From Chlorokybus atmophyticus (lineage: Eukaryota; Plantae; Mesostigma and Chlorokybus algae), in assembly GCA_009103225.1 (NCBI GenBank), contig RHPI01001715.1:1326237-1334212 (forward strand): a DNA stretch of 7,976 nt, in the 5' to 3' direction. Shown here piece after piece: positions 1 to 7,576 of the stretch (the stretch's first letter is position 1; every line of letters begins with the position of its first letter). Under the pieces are notes generated by a model. The model was not told the origin of the DNA. It made no database searches and saw nothing but the letters and a program-made list of their open reading frames with translations. The position numbers were made by a program, and so were the translations under genes.

Positions 1-1
1 C

Positions 2-263
2 TCAACAACCACTGTGAAGCACAGCTGCACCGTTGTCAGTGCCTCTGTGCTCAATGGCGGGAAGCGCATTTCCTCACAAGAGTCTTCCGTCATGCCTTTG
101 CTCTTTGTTCCCACTGATCAGCTCCCAAACGGTGTGGACAGTCTGGAGCCCTTTCTGGAACCACTGGTGCGTGACCTGGAGAACCTCTACTTGAACGGCT
201 TCACTGTTCGTTATGGCCTCGATTCCAATCATGTCGACAGCCGCGTGCTTGATCGACGACCAG
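2..263 (+). CDS. Transposase, first visible exon (open at window edge; phase-1 end)
   Basis: Frame is open from base 2 (STTTVKHSCTVVSASVLNGGK...). MPLLFVP...SLEPFLEPLVRDLENLYLNGFTV matches the Tnp2-type 'P...ld.fL.PLv.eL..L...Gv' segment. Donor CAG|GTAATG at 263/264. Confidence 0.8.
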
Positions 264-306
264 GTAATGACTGGGTTATAACATGTTTTGTCACCTATAT
301 CACCCC

Positions 307-393
307 AAGTCTCATAGGCACTGTCCAGAGTCTACAACTTATGCAATCCATTTTTGTGTATGCTAAAGTCTCATAGGCACTGTTCAGTGGCTG
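307..393. repeat. Two copies (59-bp spacing) of the GTCTCATAGGCACTG repeat in intron 1
   Basis: Cores start at 309 and 368; 307..348 is 38/42 identical to 1999..2040. Confidence 0.9.
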
Positions 394-431
394 CGACTTG
401 GTTATAGCATATCTGCCTTCTTGCGGTCTAT

Positions 432-477
432 GAGATTGTCATAGGCTGCACTGCCCAGTGCGGCCTATTACAGTCTC
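432..477 (+). repeat. 46-nt inverted repeat/hairpin in intron 1
   Basis: GAGATTGTCATAGGCTGCACTG-CC-CAGTGCGGCCTATTACAGTCTC: 22-bp arms with 19 Watson-Crick pairs, 2 G-T and 1 mismatch. Confidence 0.85.
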
Positions 478-519
478 TATCAAACCGGTTGTGAGATACT
501 GATGTTGACTTCATTGCAG

Positions 520-1876
520 GTCAAGAGATAACGCTGCGGGTAGTGCTGTGGGCATGGACGGGTGACCAGCCAGCGCAATGTGAGATAGGCCAGTTTAAGA
601 ATGGAGGCCTCGTCCCCTGCCGGCGTTGTCTCCTCAAAGCCACTCAGCACCAAGTGCCCCGGCGTGCTGAGCAGGGTGAAGATACTACGAGGACACGTAC
701 AGACCATTTTTATGGTGACAATCGCTATTACTGCCGCCATCCCCCAGCAGAGAGAGCAGCAAAGGATGCGTTCGACAACGCGTGCATGGTGGACTCACTC
801 GATGGCCAAAACCGGAAAGAAAAATCAATGGAGTGCGGCATCACAGGGAAATCTCCACTCTGGCGGCTGTGGCATCTGTATGAGTTTAACCCTTGCCGTG
901 ACTTGGTCTATGACACGATGCACCTGTTGCTGGAGGGGCTTTGCAAAAGTTTCGTGCACAGTACGCTGGGTGCAGACAGTTCAAAGCATGTCGAAGACAT
1001 TGCCAAGGTGGAGCGCAGGCTGTCTCAGATGCGCATATCACGCCCCATGGACTTGAAGAGCAAACATTTCCCAAGAGGCATCAGCAAGCACCTGGCTTGG
1101 TTTAAGGCCCAGGACTTGCAGATGTTCGTGCAGTATGCTGTGCCATACGCTGTGTCCAATCTGGTAGACGAAGCAACCAGAGACGTCAGCTTTGCGCTTC
1201 ACTTGCTCATCCGCATCTTCTTCCACAACTCTCGCCTACATGGCTGGACTGCGGAGCTGTTGGAACTTGCTGACGCTCTTTTGAAATATTGGAGGGTCTA
1301 CTCGGAGGACCTGTTTGGCACCAACAAAAGGCCCAACGAGCATGTGGCCGGTGCCGGTCACATTCTGGAGGACATCATCTGGCACGGGAGTCATGATGTG
1401 TACTGGTGTTTTGTGCAAGAGCGCACTGTGTCCAACTATGTCAACACCTTCACCAATGGGAAGCAGTTTGAGATCAGCTACATGCGGCGTACACTAAGGA
1501 GATGGTTTCTGAGGACGCTCAACGTCATGCGAGAAGATCAGAGGACTGGAAAGCTGTTGTGCCACCGAGCTGATGATATAATGGCGCACTCTCAGCAGGT
1601 TTACCAGCCTCTGAGTGGAGCATGTAGTGACTGTCATTACGAAGTGCGCACTCAAAAGCACGCCATGGAGCTCTGGACCCTCGCTGAGAAATTCCCAGAC
1701 TTGGAGCATGCGCGACTGATCAGAGAAAAGGGCATCCTTATTGGCAGCACCAGGAAGCCTGTCCCTCTTCAGGGACCCTTGGCCTTGGAAATCAAGCGCG
1801 TCGAGGACATCACTGGCAACTTGCCCGTAGGCATACGCAAGTTCCGCGCATATCTGCGTATTGGGGTCATCTACAG
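520..1876 (+). CDS. Transposase catalytic-core exon (RNase H-like DDE, CACTA/CMC type)
   Basis: WTGDQPA (D at 564-566), GLVPCRRC (CxxC 618-629), VYDTMHLLLEGLCK (DxxH signature 912-923), WFKAQDLQMF, and H..GHILEDIIWHG..WCFVQER (E at 1419-1421) occur in the order typical of CACTA/Mirage/Chapaev-group transposases. No stops. End may be 1909 because the donor is duplicated. Confidence 0.85.
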
Positions 1877-1924
1877 GTGTGGTATAATCAACGATGGGGT
1901 CATCTACAGGTGTGGTATAATCAA
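1862..1924 (+). repeat. Perfect 30-bp direct repeat (33-bp period) spanning the exon 2 donor
   Basis: TGGGGTCATCTACAGGTGTGGTATAATCAA at 1862-1891 and 1895-1924, separated by CGA. Confidence 0.95.
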
Positions 1925-2228
1925 TCTATTGCTCTGACCTAAAGTCTCATAGGCACTGTCCAGTGTCTACGAATTTTGCAATCTATTGCTCTGACCTAAA
2001 GTCTCATAGGCACTGTCCAGTGTCTACGAATTATGTAATCTATTGCTCTGACCGAAAGTCTCATAGGCACTGTCCAGTGTCTACGAATTACGCATTCTAT
2101 TGCTCTGCCCGAAAGTCTCATAGGCACTGTCAGGTGTCTCATAGGCAGTGTCTACTAGAGTCTCATAGGCACTGTGTACTGTCATCTCTTGATACAAAGT
2201 GAGTGAGTAAAGCCTTTGGTATTTGCAG
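1877..2228 (+). other. Transposase intron 2 (starts 1877 or 1910; phase 2), contains 57-bp array
   Basis: TACAG|GTGTGG donor after two bases of an Arg codon; TTTGCAG acceptor ending 2228. AG+A(2229) joins frame 543..1937 to frame 2203..3195. The donor is weak at +4..+6. Confidence 0.65.
1923..2175. repeat. 57-bp tandem array (3 full + 1 partial unit, then 2 truncated cores) with an internal 20-bp palindrome
   Basis: Units start 1923, 1980, 2037, 2094. GTCTCATAGGCA cores at 1944, 2001, 2058, 2115, 2136, 2160. TAGGCACTG-TC-CAGTGTCTA at 1950, 2007, 2064. Confidence 0.95.
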
Positions 2229-2947
2229 ACGCAGAGGCGTTGATAACGTGAAGATGGCGGACCCAACTGTCGCACCATGCCGGGTGGATGAGATCTACCT
2301 GTTCAATTGGCGGAAATCCACTATCCATGTGCAAGTGCGGCCTTATACCAAGAAGCGTGATGCCATGGGCAATGACCTGATTGACAGAGACACTGGTGCA
2401 CAGTGCATTGGGCGTTTGGCAGATGAGTTTACGCTCATCGGTGGAGACCAGTTGCAACGCAAGCTCTGGGTGTTGCTCAACCGTGATGTAGCAAATCATC
2501 AATTGGCGTACGACTATGACAGCACAGAGTTGAGAGTCACTGCAGCCGACATCCCCTTGCCGGTGTGGCCAGAAAAGGGCGATGTCCTGGAGATGCGGCA
2601 CAACAGCAAGTCCATTTTCGACTTCAGACTTCCGCATGAGCCCCCAGATGAAGATCCTGCTGACCCACCCCCTTGGGTTGTTGTGGTCAAAGAGGTGCGG
2701 TCCGACGGTCATATGGTAGTCGACTACCTGAAGAAGGCAGGGGGGAGGAGGCTAGGCGTCTGGGTGGTTAACACAGCTGCGAGCGACCAGGTGGAGGACC
2801 CTTTCTCAGCCAAAACAAAGCTCGACTGGCCAAGGCAAGGGAGCAGCAGAAGCAGCTGCGCTTGGACTGAGAGAAGTAGAAGTGATGGACGGCGAATGAA
2901 ATTCAACCAACATCGCATGTATTGGAAGCCAGGACAGCAGGCAGCAA
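2229..2947 (+). CDS. Transposase C-terminal exon (beta-rich segment plus Tudor/Agenet-like segment); 3' end uncertain
   Basis: Globular-looking translation RRGVDNVKMADP...YWKPGQQAA, in frame with the core after splicing. Consensus donor GTGAGT at 2948. Beyond it the sequence becomes TG-rich and the translation Cys-biased. Alternative ends: acceptor CTGCAG at 3129 then stop 3141-3143, or read-through to 3195. Confidence 0.6.
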
Positions 2948-3129
2948 GTGAGTGTGTTTGCACTTGCATTCACGTGTTTGTGAAGTGCGTGTGTCTGCAT
3001 CATAGACCAGTTCGGATAACTGCGCCTTGCAGACAACTATGTGCACTGTGCGCGTGTGCATGCGACTGCATGTGTGATGGCCGAGCAAGCATATATTACT
3101 GTATACACTTATGCACATCTGTTCTGCAG
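2948..3129 (+). other. Putative transposase intron 3
   Basis: GTGAGT donor, TG-rich body, GTTCTGCAG acceptor. It would add only a 4-aa terminal exon (S-YVH-stop), so support is modest. Confidence 0.4.
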
Positions 3130-3231
3130 GCTATGTACACTGAATGGATGCCTATAAACCCAGCCTGCAGCTGGACTATAAGCAACCTGAAGTAGGTACC
3201 TGGGTGCTACTGACTCAGTCTATAGGCCATA

Positions 3232-5877
3232 CTAGGGTGGTGGTGGTGGCGGTGGTGGTGGTGAGTGTCTGCTCAAGTAGTAGCCGATCAGGTTATGATA
3301 AATGGCTTTGGTGTAGTGTGGGCCCAGGTGCATAACTTCCCGTTGTGCCGCAGTGAGGTGTGTATATGATCTGTTCGCCATGTTCTGATCAAGCAGAAGC
3401 AAAAAGTGAGTGAGGCCCGGCTGCAGAGCACTAAACGCCTCCAAAGTGTTGGCGTACAAAGGGAGCCCATTCTCCGCTCGCCGTTGATTGATGTCACGGA
3501 GGTAATGGTGCGCTGTGTTTCGGATCAAAACACACAGTGCAGCAGGATCACTGTCCCAAGTGTCTCGTGTCGCTTCATTGTTCCTCTGCGCCCAGGTATT
3601 GCGAGCTTGTATGCAGACCGCAAGCTCTGGAGCCATCAGCTGTTGCCAACCTTGCAAGTACTGTTGTATGCGCTGGGTAGTCTGTGCTCCTCCTTCGCTC
3701 AACGAACGTGCCCGCGCGCCGGGACTTTCAGCCAGGAAGTCCTCCACCACAACCCGCATCCACTCATCAACCAGCACGCCTTCCATGCGAATTTGCTGTT
3801 TTTCAACGAGCTCCAGGTCATCTTCTAAGTTCGTGACCCGCCTATCAAGTTGATTGTTCTCCCTTTGCTGTTCAATGATTTTCTCTTGCAGTTCAGCTTC
3901 TGGCGGTAGTGCGGACGTGGAAGGAATGTCAGCAGCTCCACCACCTGGCATTACAGTCTGCAGCATCTGAAGCGTTTCCTCGAGCCTCTGCTGGGTATCT
4001 TCGAGCAGCTTCTCTGTATGACTGACACGCTGCATGGCTTGAGCAACGTTTTCTTCCGATTCTGCCAGGTCCGCCTGCGCCTTCAGGATTTCCGGGTTGT
4101 CCATGGTGGCTGGTCGCTTGCCGTTCTTGATAAGCTTCTTATTGGACTTCTGGAGTTTGGCATTTTCCTGACGCAGGCGTTTCACCTCCGCATTCAGGGC
4201 GTCTGCTTGCCTGCTTGCCTCTGCTTGCAGCTTGCCCCCAGTCTCTTGCGTTTGAGAGGCCAGCCGCTGGAGTTGTTTGTTGAGAGACTCCACTCTTGCT
4301 TCGAGGCGGTTCTTCTCAGCAGTCAAAGATTCAACCTCTGTTTGCAGCTTGCGCCCAGCCTCTTGCGCCTGTTGAGAGGCCTTCCCGAGTTTTTCATTGA
4401 GAGACTGCACTGCTGCACGGAGCTTCCTCCTGGCCTCCTCGCCTGTGCGCAGGCGCTCGCGCAGGCTCTCATTGTCCTGCCGTAGGCTGCTCGCCTGCAG
4501 CTTCTTCCTGGCCTCCTCGGCTTGGCGCAGGCGCTCACTCAGTTGCAAGTTCTCCTCTCGTAGGCGGTCCGCCTCTTCACGCACCTGCTGAGCGGAGGAC
4601 TCCTGCTGCTGCTGCTGGCCGCTGCTCTCCTCCAGCTTCTTCCTGGCCTCCTCGCTTTGGCGCAGCCGCTCAGTCAGGCTTGCATTGTCCTGTCGTAGAC
4701 GGTCCGCCTCCTCAAGCGCCTTCTGCTGAGTGGACGCCTCCTGCTGCTGCTGGCCGCCGCTCTCCTGCTGCTTCTTCCTGACCTCCTCAGCTTGGCGCAG
4801 GCGCTCACTCAGTTCTGCATTTTCCTTTTGTAGGCGGTCCGCCTCCTCACGCGCCTGCCGCTGGAGGGAGGCCATTTGCTGAAGCTGGATTTGGAGTTGA
4901 GAGGCCTCCTCGGCTTTGCGCGCAGCGTCACGCGCTTGTTGCGAGGCCTCCTCGGCTTTGCGCAGGCGCTCCTGCAGGCTCTGGATCTCCTCCAAGCGTG
5001 CTGCTGCTGATCCTTTGAAGCTGCTCCTCGCCTGCCGTAGGCTCACATTCTCTGTTTCCAAGCGTTGCCTCTCCGCATTGGTCCACCTCAACTGGTGCTG
5101 AAGCGTGTCTTCCTGCTGCTTCCGAATGGAGTCTTGGTGTGACTGCTGACGCTGAAGTCTTGCATTAAGGGCGTCAACCTCTGCTTGGAGCTTTTGTGCT
5201 TGCGCGGAGGGCTGCTGCTGAAGCTGGTCAAGAAGGTTCTGCTGCTTTTTCCTGGCCTCCTCGGCTGTTGCCAACTGCTGTCGTAGGCGGTCCCTGTCAG
5301 CAGTGGTGGCAACCAACTCTTGCGCTGCATCCTTACGCTGCAAGGCCAGCACCAACTCTTCATCCAACTCGCTGATCCTGTTAAAGGCGGCCTTGACGTC
5401 ATCTTCAATGCGCTTGCAGCGGGTGAGGTGCTCTTTCAAGGCAGGGCGTTCACCGCACAGACGTTCAGCTTCTTCCCTCGCCAGCTCTGAACGCCGAGCA
5501 TTGATTTCTCCCAGCTCTTGCAAAGTTTGTTGTAGCTGTTGTACGCGCTGGCTGTCTTCCGCTCTGGCCTGATCCTGCTGTTGCAGCCTTTGTCGCTCAG
5601 CATTGGCTGCATCGAGAGCGGCCTGCAGCTGTGGTATGCGCCCCACGGCCTCCTCTCTTTCCTTCTCCTGCTTTGCAAGAGCCACCTCCAGCTTCTGTAT
5701 GCGCCCCCCGGCCTCCTCTCTGGCCTTCTTCTCCTGTTGCAGCAACTTTGCATGCTGTTGGCTAGCCTTGGTTGCTGCTTCAACAGCGGCTGATAACTCC
5801 GCTGCATGGATGCGCTTGACATCAGCGCTGGCGGATGCAACGGCCTGGGTGCTTGTAGACGCCTCTTCTAGGTGTTG
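3232..5877 (-). CDS. SET/coiled-coil protein, last exon (881 aa: long Q/E/R/K/A/L coiled coil, orphan C-terminal domain, Pro9 tail)
   Basis: 2646-nt open frame ending TAG at 3234-3232. Heptad-rich with internal 21-, 45- and 39-aa repeats; the last ~175 aa are non-repetitive and contain aromatic residues. Confidence 0.85.
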   Translation of the reverse strand, partial: QHLEEASTSTQAVASASADVKRIHAAELSAAVEAATKASQQHAKLLQQEKKAREEAGGRIQKLEVALAKQEKEREEAVGRIPQLQAALDAANAERQRLQQQDQARAEDSQRVQQLQQTLQELGEINARRSELAREEAERLCGERPALKEHLTRCKRIEDDVKAAFNRISELDEELVLALQRKDAAQELVATTADRDRLRQQLATAEEARKKQQNLLDQLQQQPSAQAQKLQAEVDALNARLQRQQSHQDSIRKQQEDTLQHQLRWTNAERQRLETENVSLRQARSSFKGSAAARLEEIQSLQERLRKAEEASQQARDAARKAEEASQLQIQLQQMASLQRQAREEADRLQKENAELSERLRQAEEVRKKQQESGGQQQQEASTQQKALEEADRLRQDNASLTERLRQSEEARKKLEESSGQQQQQESSAQQVREEADRLREENLQLSERLRQAEEARKKLQASSLRQDNESLRERLRTGEEARRKLRAAVQSLNEKLGKASQQAQEAGRKLQTEVESLTAEKNRLEARVESLNKQLQRLASQTQETGGKLQAEASRQADALNAEVKRLRQENAKLQKSNKKLIKNGKRPATMDNPEILKAQADLAESEENVAQAMQRVSHTEKLLEDTQQRLEETLQMLQTVMPGGGAADIPSTSALPPEAELQEKIIEQQRENNQLDRRVTNLEDDLELVEKQQIRMEGVLVDEWMRVVVEDFLAESPGARARSLSEGGAQTTQRIQQYLQGWQQLMAPELAVCIQARNTWAQRNNEATRDTWDSDPAALCVLIRNTAHHYLRDINQRRAENGLPLYANTLEAFSALQPGLTHFLLLLDQNMANRSYTHLTAAQREVMHLGPHYTKAIYHNLIGYYLSRHSPPPPPPPPP
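4420..4850 (-). repeat. 135-bp (45-aa) coding tandem repeat, EEADRL..eNa.LsERLRQaEEaRKK, 3 copies plus a partial
   Basis: TAG[G/A]CGGTCCGCCTC at 4561, 4696, 4831 (135-bp period). Confidence 0.9.
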
Positions 5878-6003
5878 CTGCATCGAAACACCAAGTTAGA
5901 GCACAAACACGAAACAGCGGGGTCATAGACCGAAATGGACAGTGCGGCCTGTGACGCACAAGTAGCCATAGACTGACTAATGCTGACTTTGGCCAAGGGT
6001 TAC
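5878..6003 (-). other. SET-gene intron D (126 nt, phase 0)
   Basis: GTAACC donor, CTCTAAC branch motif, GATGCAG acceptor. The ORF-track 'MQ' start at 5883 is intronic under this model. Confidence 0.8.
5922..5955 (-). repeat. 34-nt imperfect palindrome in intron D, same family as the intron 1 hairpin
   Basis: Sense strand GTCACAGGCCGCACTG-TC-CATTTCGGTCTATGAC; left arm 14/16 identical to 438..453, same 16+2+16 geometry. Confidence 0.75.
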
Positions 6004-7062
6004 CTGAAGTTGGGGCACTTGCTGTTGGAGGTTCTGGACAAAGCCTTCAACCAACTTGGCTATGTTGCTGGCATTGGCGACTCCTGAACGTGCAGCAGCG
6101 ATACCGTCTTCCAACTTCTTACGAGCATCGTCGTCACCGTCACCGTTGCTGTCATCATCGCTGCTTTCATGATCGCTGGGTTCATCACCACTGCCGTCTC
6201 CATGATGATCACCTCCAGCAGGTTCATGATGATCACCTCCAGCAGGTTCATCACGACCTCCAGCAGGTTCATCACCTCCAGCAGGTTCATTACCGCTGAC
6301 ATGCTGACCCTCAGCACCTCCTGGAGTCCCTCCAGCAGTTTGATGGCCACGGTCTATGGCATCCTTCTTTGCACTTCCTTGTGGTGGCCTGTCCGGAAAC
6401 ACTAGAGGAACTGAAGGTCGCCCCGAAACCCCTCCCAATGCTGCAAGTGCAGCAGCAGCAGCAGCAGCAGCAGAGGCAAGAGCAGCATCAACAGCAGCTT
6501 GAGAAGGATTGCTAGAGGTAGCCGCAGCACCAGAAGCAGCACTAGAAGGAGTCGGACCAGGAGCTGCAGCAGGAATGGATGGCCAAGGATGGTTGCACTC
6601 CCACTTGTTGATGAGGTATGCGCGCAAGGACTTGTAATTCTCAGCCCATCCTGGATCCTGAAAATGGATGGTTTTCATCTGCTCTTCCAGCCAAACTTCT
6701 CGCTTCTGGTTCCTCCGATTAGCAATGGCGTTAATGCGTAGCCGGCGTGTCTCCCACTCCGCCTTGTTGCGTTGCTGCAATTGCTTTTGCTCAGCCTGCC
6801 ACTGTGCAGTCGTATCTTGGGCGTTTTGAACATTGGTGCGCACGGCAGCTATCTGCTCCTCAGTCAACCAATGTCGCCTGCTTTCATTCAGACCATTGCG
6901 CACCATGGACAAAATGGTCTTCTCGATTCTTGACTGATAATCCTGCTCCTTCAGCCTGTGCTGATTTGCAGCCCGTGTCACCATGGCGCCCTGAGCGGCA
7001 ATCTCTTGAAGGCCTTTGCGAATTGTAGTCTCTGCCTTACGGAACACTTCCTTGGTAAGTTT
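6004..7062 (-). CDS. SET/coiled-coil protein, exon 4 (353 aa: helical region, Ala/Pro-rich and Gly/Asp/His-rich linker)
   Basis: Internal 353 codons of ORF 5977..7131, bounded by CAG acceptor and CAG|GTAACC donor, both phase 0. Confidence 0.8.
6211..6290 (-). repeat. Coding minisatellite (EPAGG-D/R repeats), 4 copies of a 17-bp core
   Basis: ACCTCCAGCAGGTTCAT at 6211, 6235, 6256, 6274. Confidence 0.95.
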
Positions 7063-7133
7063 CTGCGAATCATAACCACCAGTTAGAACACGAATTACAC
7101 ACAACTCATTTACGTTTAATAACACAAACATAC
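7063..7133 (-). other. SET-gene intron C (71 nt, phase 0)
   Basis: GTATGT donor, AT-rich body, CTAAC branch motif, TTCGCAG acceptor. Confidence 0.8.
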
Positions 7134-7298
7134 CCTCTGTTCTTTCTCTTGTTCTATTCTGGAGTCTATCTGTCTTAACAGCAGGAATAGTCTATCTAGC
7201 ACGCGTGTAAGCTCAGCGCACTTGCTTTCAGCTGAGTCAAATATCCCTTTTAAAAGGCGTACAGACGCCTCTCTGACAGTGTGATTGACTGTGTCGTT
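7134..7298 (-). CDS. SET/coiled-coil protein, exon 3 (55 aa, NDTVNHTVREASVRLLKG...QEKEQR)
   Basis: Heptad-like helical translation; donor AGG|GTATGT at 7134/7133, phase 0. Confidence 0.7.
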
Positions 7299-7375
7299 CT
7301 GGTGACACAAGTGCAGTCTATGAATGCACAATGACATGTACGACCATGCACTGACGAAGCGTTCTCAACACTTAC
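7299..7375 (-). other. SET-gene intron B (77 nt, phase 0)
   Basis: GTAAGT donor; GTGTCACCAG acceptor chosen because it preserves frame. An in-frame GAG acceptor at 7270-7269 is a less likely alternative. Confidence 0.65.
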
Positions 7376-7576
7376 ATTCTGTCTTTGATTTCGGGCGACT
7401 TGTGGTCGTTTCAGCACCCTCCATGTGTAGGCGCCTAAAGATTCACCAGCTTGACGCGGTGCAGTGCAAGCGGCGAGGTACGCGCCGTCTTCGAGCGCGA
7501 CGCCATGGCGAGCTGCCATCTCTGTTGCCTCCTTGATAAACTTTTCTCTGGCCGCCTCGAAAAAGTACTCCATGAC
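7376..7576 (-). CDS. SET/coiled-coil protein, exon 2 (67 aa, VMEYFFEAAREKFIKE...ARNQRQN)
   Basis: Bounded by TCAG acceptor and GTAAGT donor, both phase 0; amphipathic helical translation. Confidence 0.75.

Larger units (their letters stand above)
264..519 (+). other. Transposase intron 1 (256 nt, phase 1)
   Basis: GT at 264-265, TTGCAG acceptor ending 519, CTGAT/TTGAC branch candidates at 499-510. G263+GT(520-521) restores frame into ORF 543..1937 (..RRP-G-QEITLRVVLWAWTGDQPA). Filled with repeats. Confidence 0.85.
1..3195 (+). mobile_element. Internal part of a CACTA/EnSpm-like (CMC group) DNA transposon: intron-containing transposase gene; termini not in window
   Basis: Spliced translation shows the ordered motifs of Tnp2/Transposase_21-type enzymes (see exon entries). 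No TIR or target-site duplication is visible, so the true element boundaries are unknown and may extend over the minus-strand gene. Confidence 0.8.

Noticed and set aside
480-1709. Short ORFs overlapping the transposase core on either strand
   Set aside because: Fully overlap a well-supported coding exon and have no independent motifs.
1923-2175. CRISPR array (regularly spaced palindromic repeats)
   Set aside because: The whole 57-bp unit is repeated, so there are no unique spacers; no cas genes; the context is a eukaryotic intron.
378-2175. CACTG/CAGTG pentamers as the element's terminal inverted repeats
   Set aside because: They lie inside introns of an uninterrupted transposase gene, within repeats, with no TSD pattern.
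1963-2202. 79-aa ORF with repeated SHRHCPVS
   Set aside because: It is the translation of the tandem array (57 bp is a multiple of 3) inside a predicted intron.
2199-2228. GTGAGTGAGT as donor of a separate mini-intron
   Set aside because: Only 30 nt to the next acceptor, and the upstream sequence is the repeat array rather than a plausible exon.
2948-3129. Cys-rich zinc-finger/metallothionein-like tail of ORF 2203..3195
   Set aside because: The cysteines derive from TG-rich low-complexity DNA that starts exactly at a GTGAGT donor; more likely intron. Not fully excluded.
3232-5883. SMC, myosin or tropomyosin annotation for the 883-aa ORF
   Set aside because: No Walker A/B, hinge or motor motifs; the resemblance is generic coiled-coil composition, and the ORF is the last exon of a larger gene.
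3406-5899. Plus-strand ORFs (3406..3828, 3515..3853, 4018..4485, 4397..4591, 4916..5101, 5303..5572, 5539..5793, 5603..5899)
   Set aside because: Antisense shadows of the repetitive coiled-coil exon; Ser/Cys/Leu/Arg-biased, with no recognisable motifs.
906-6360. Claim that the short GTCATAGAC-like core is exclusive to non-coding DNA
   Set aside because: Similar 9-mers occur in exons (GTCTATGAC 906-914, GTCTATGGC 6352-6360); only the longer arms and hairpins are counted as evidence.
6060-6405. ORFs with MNLLEV, HHDDHLQQV or ITSSRF repeats
   Set aside because: Alternative-frame readings of the EPAGG minisatellite.
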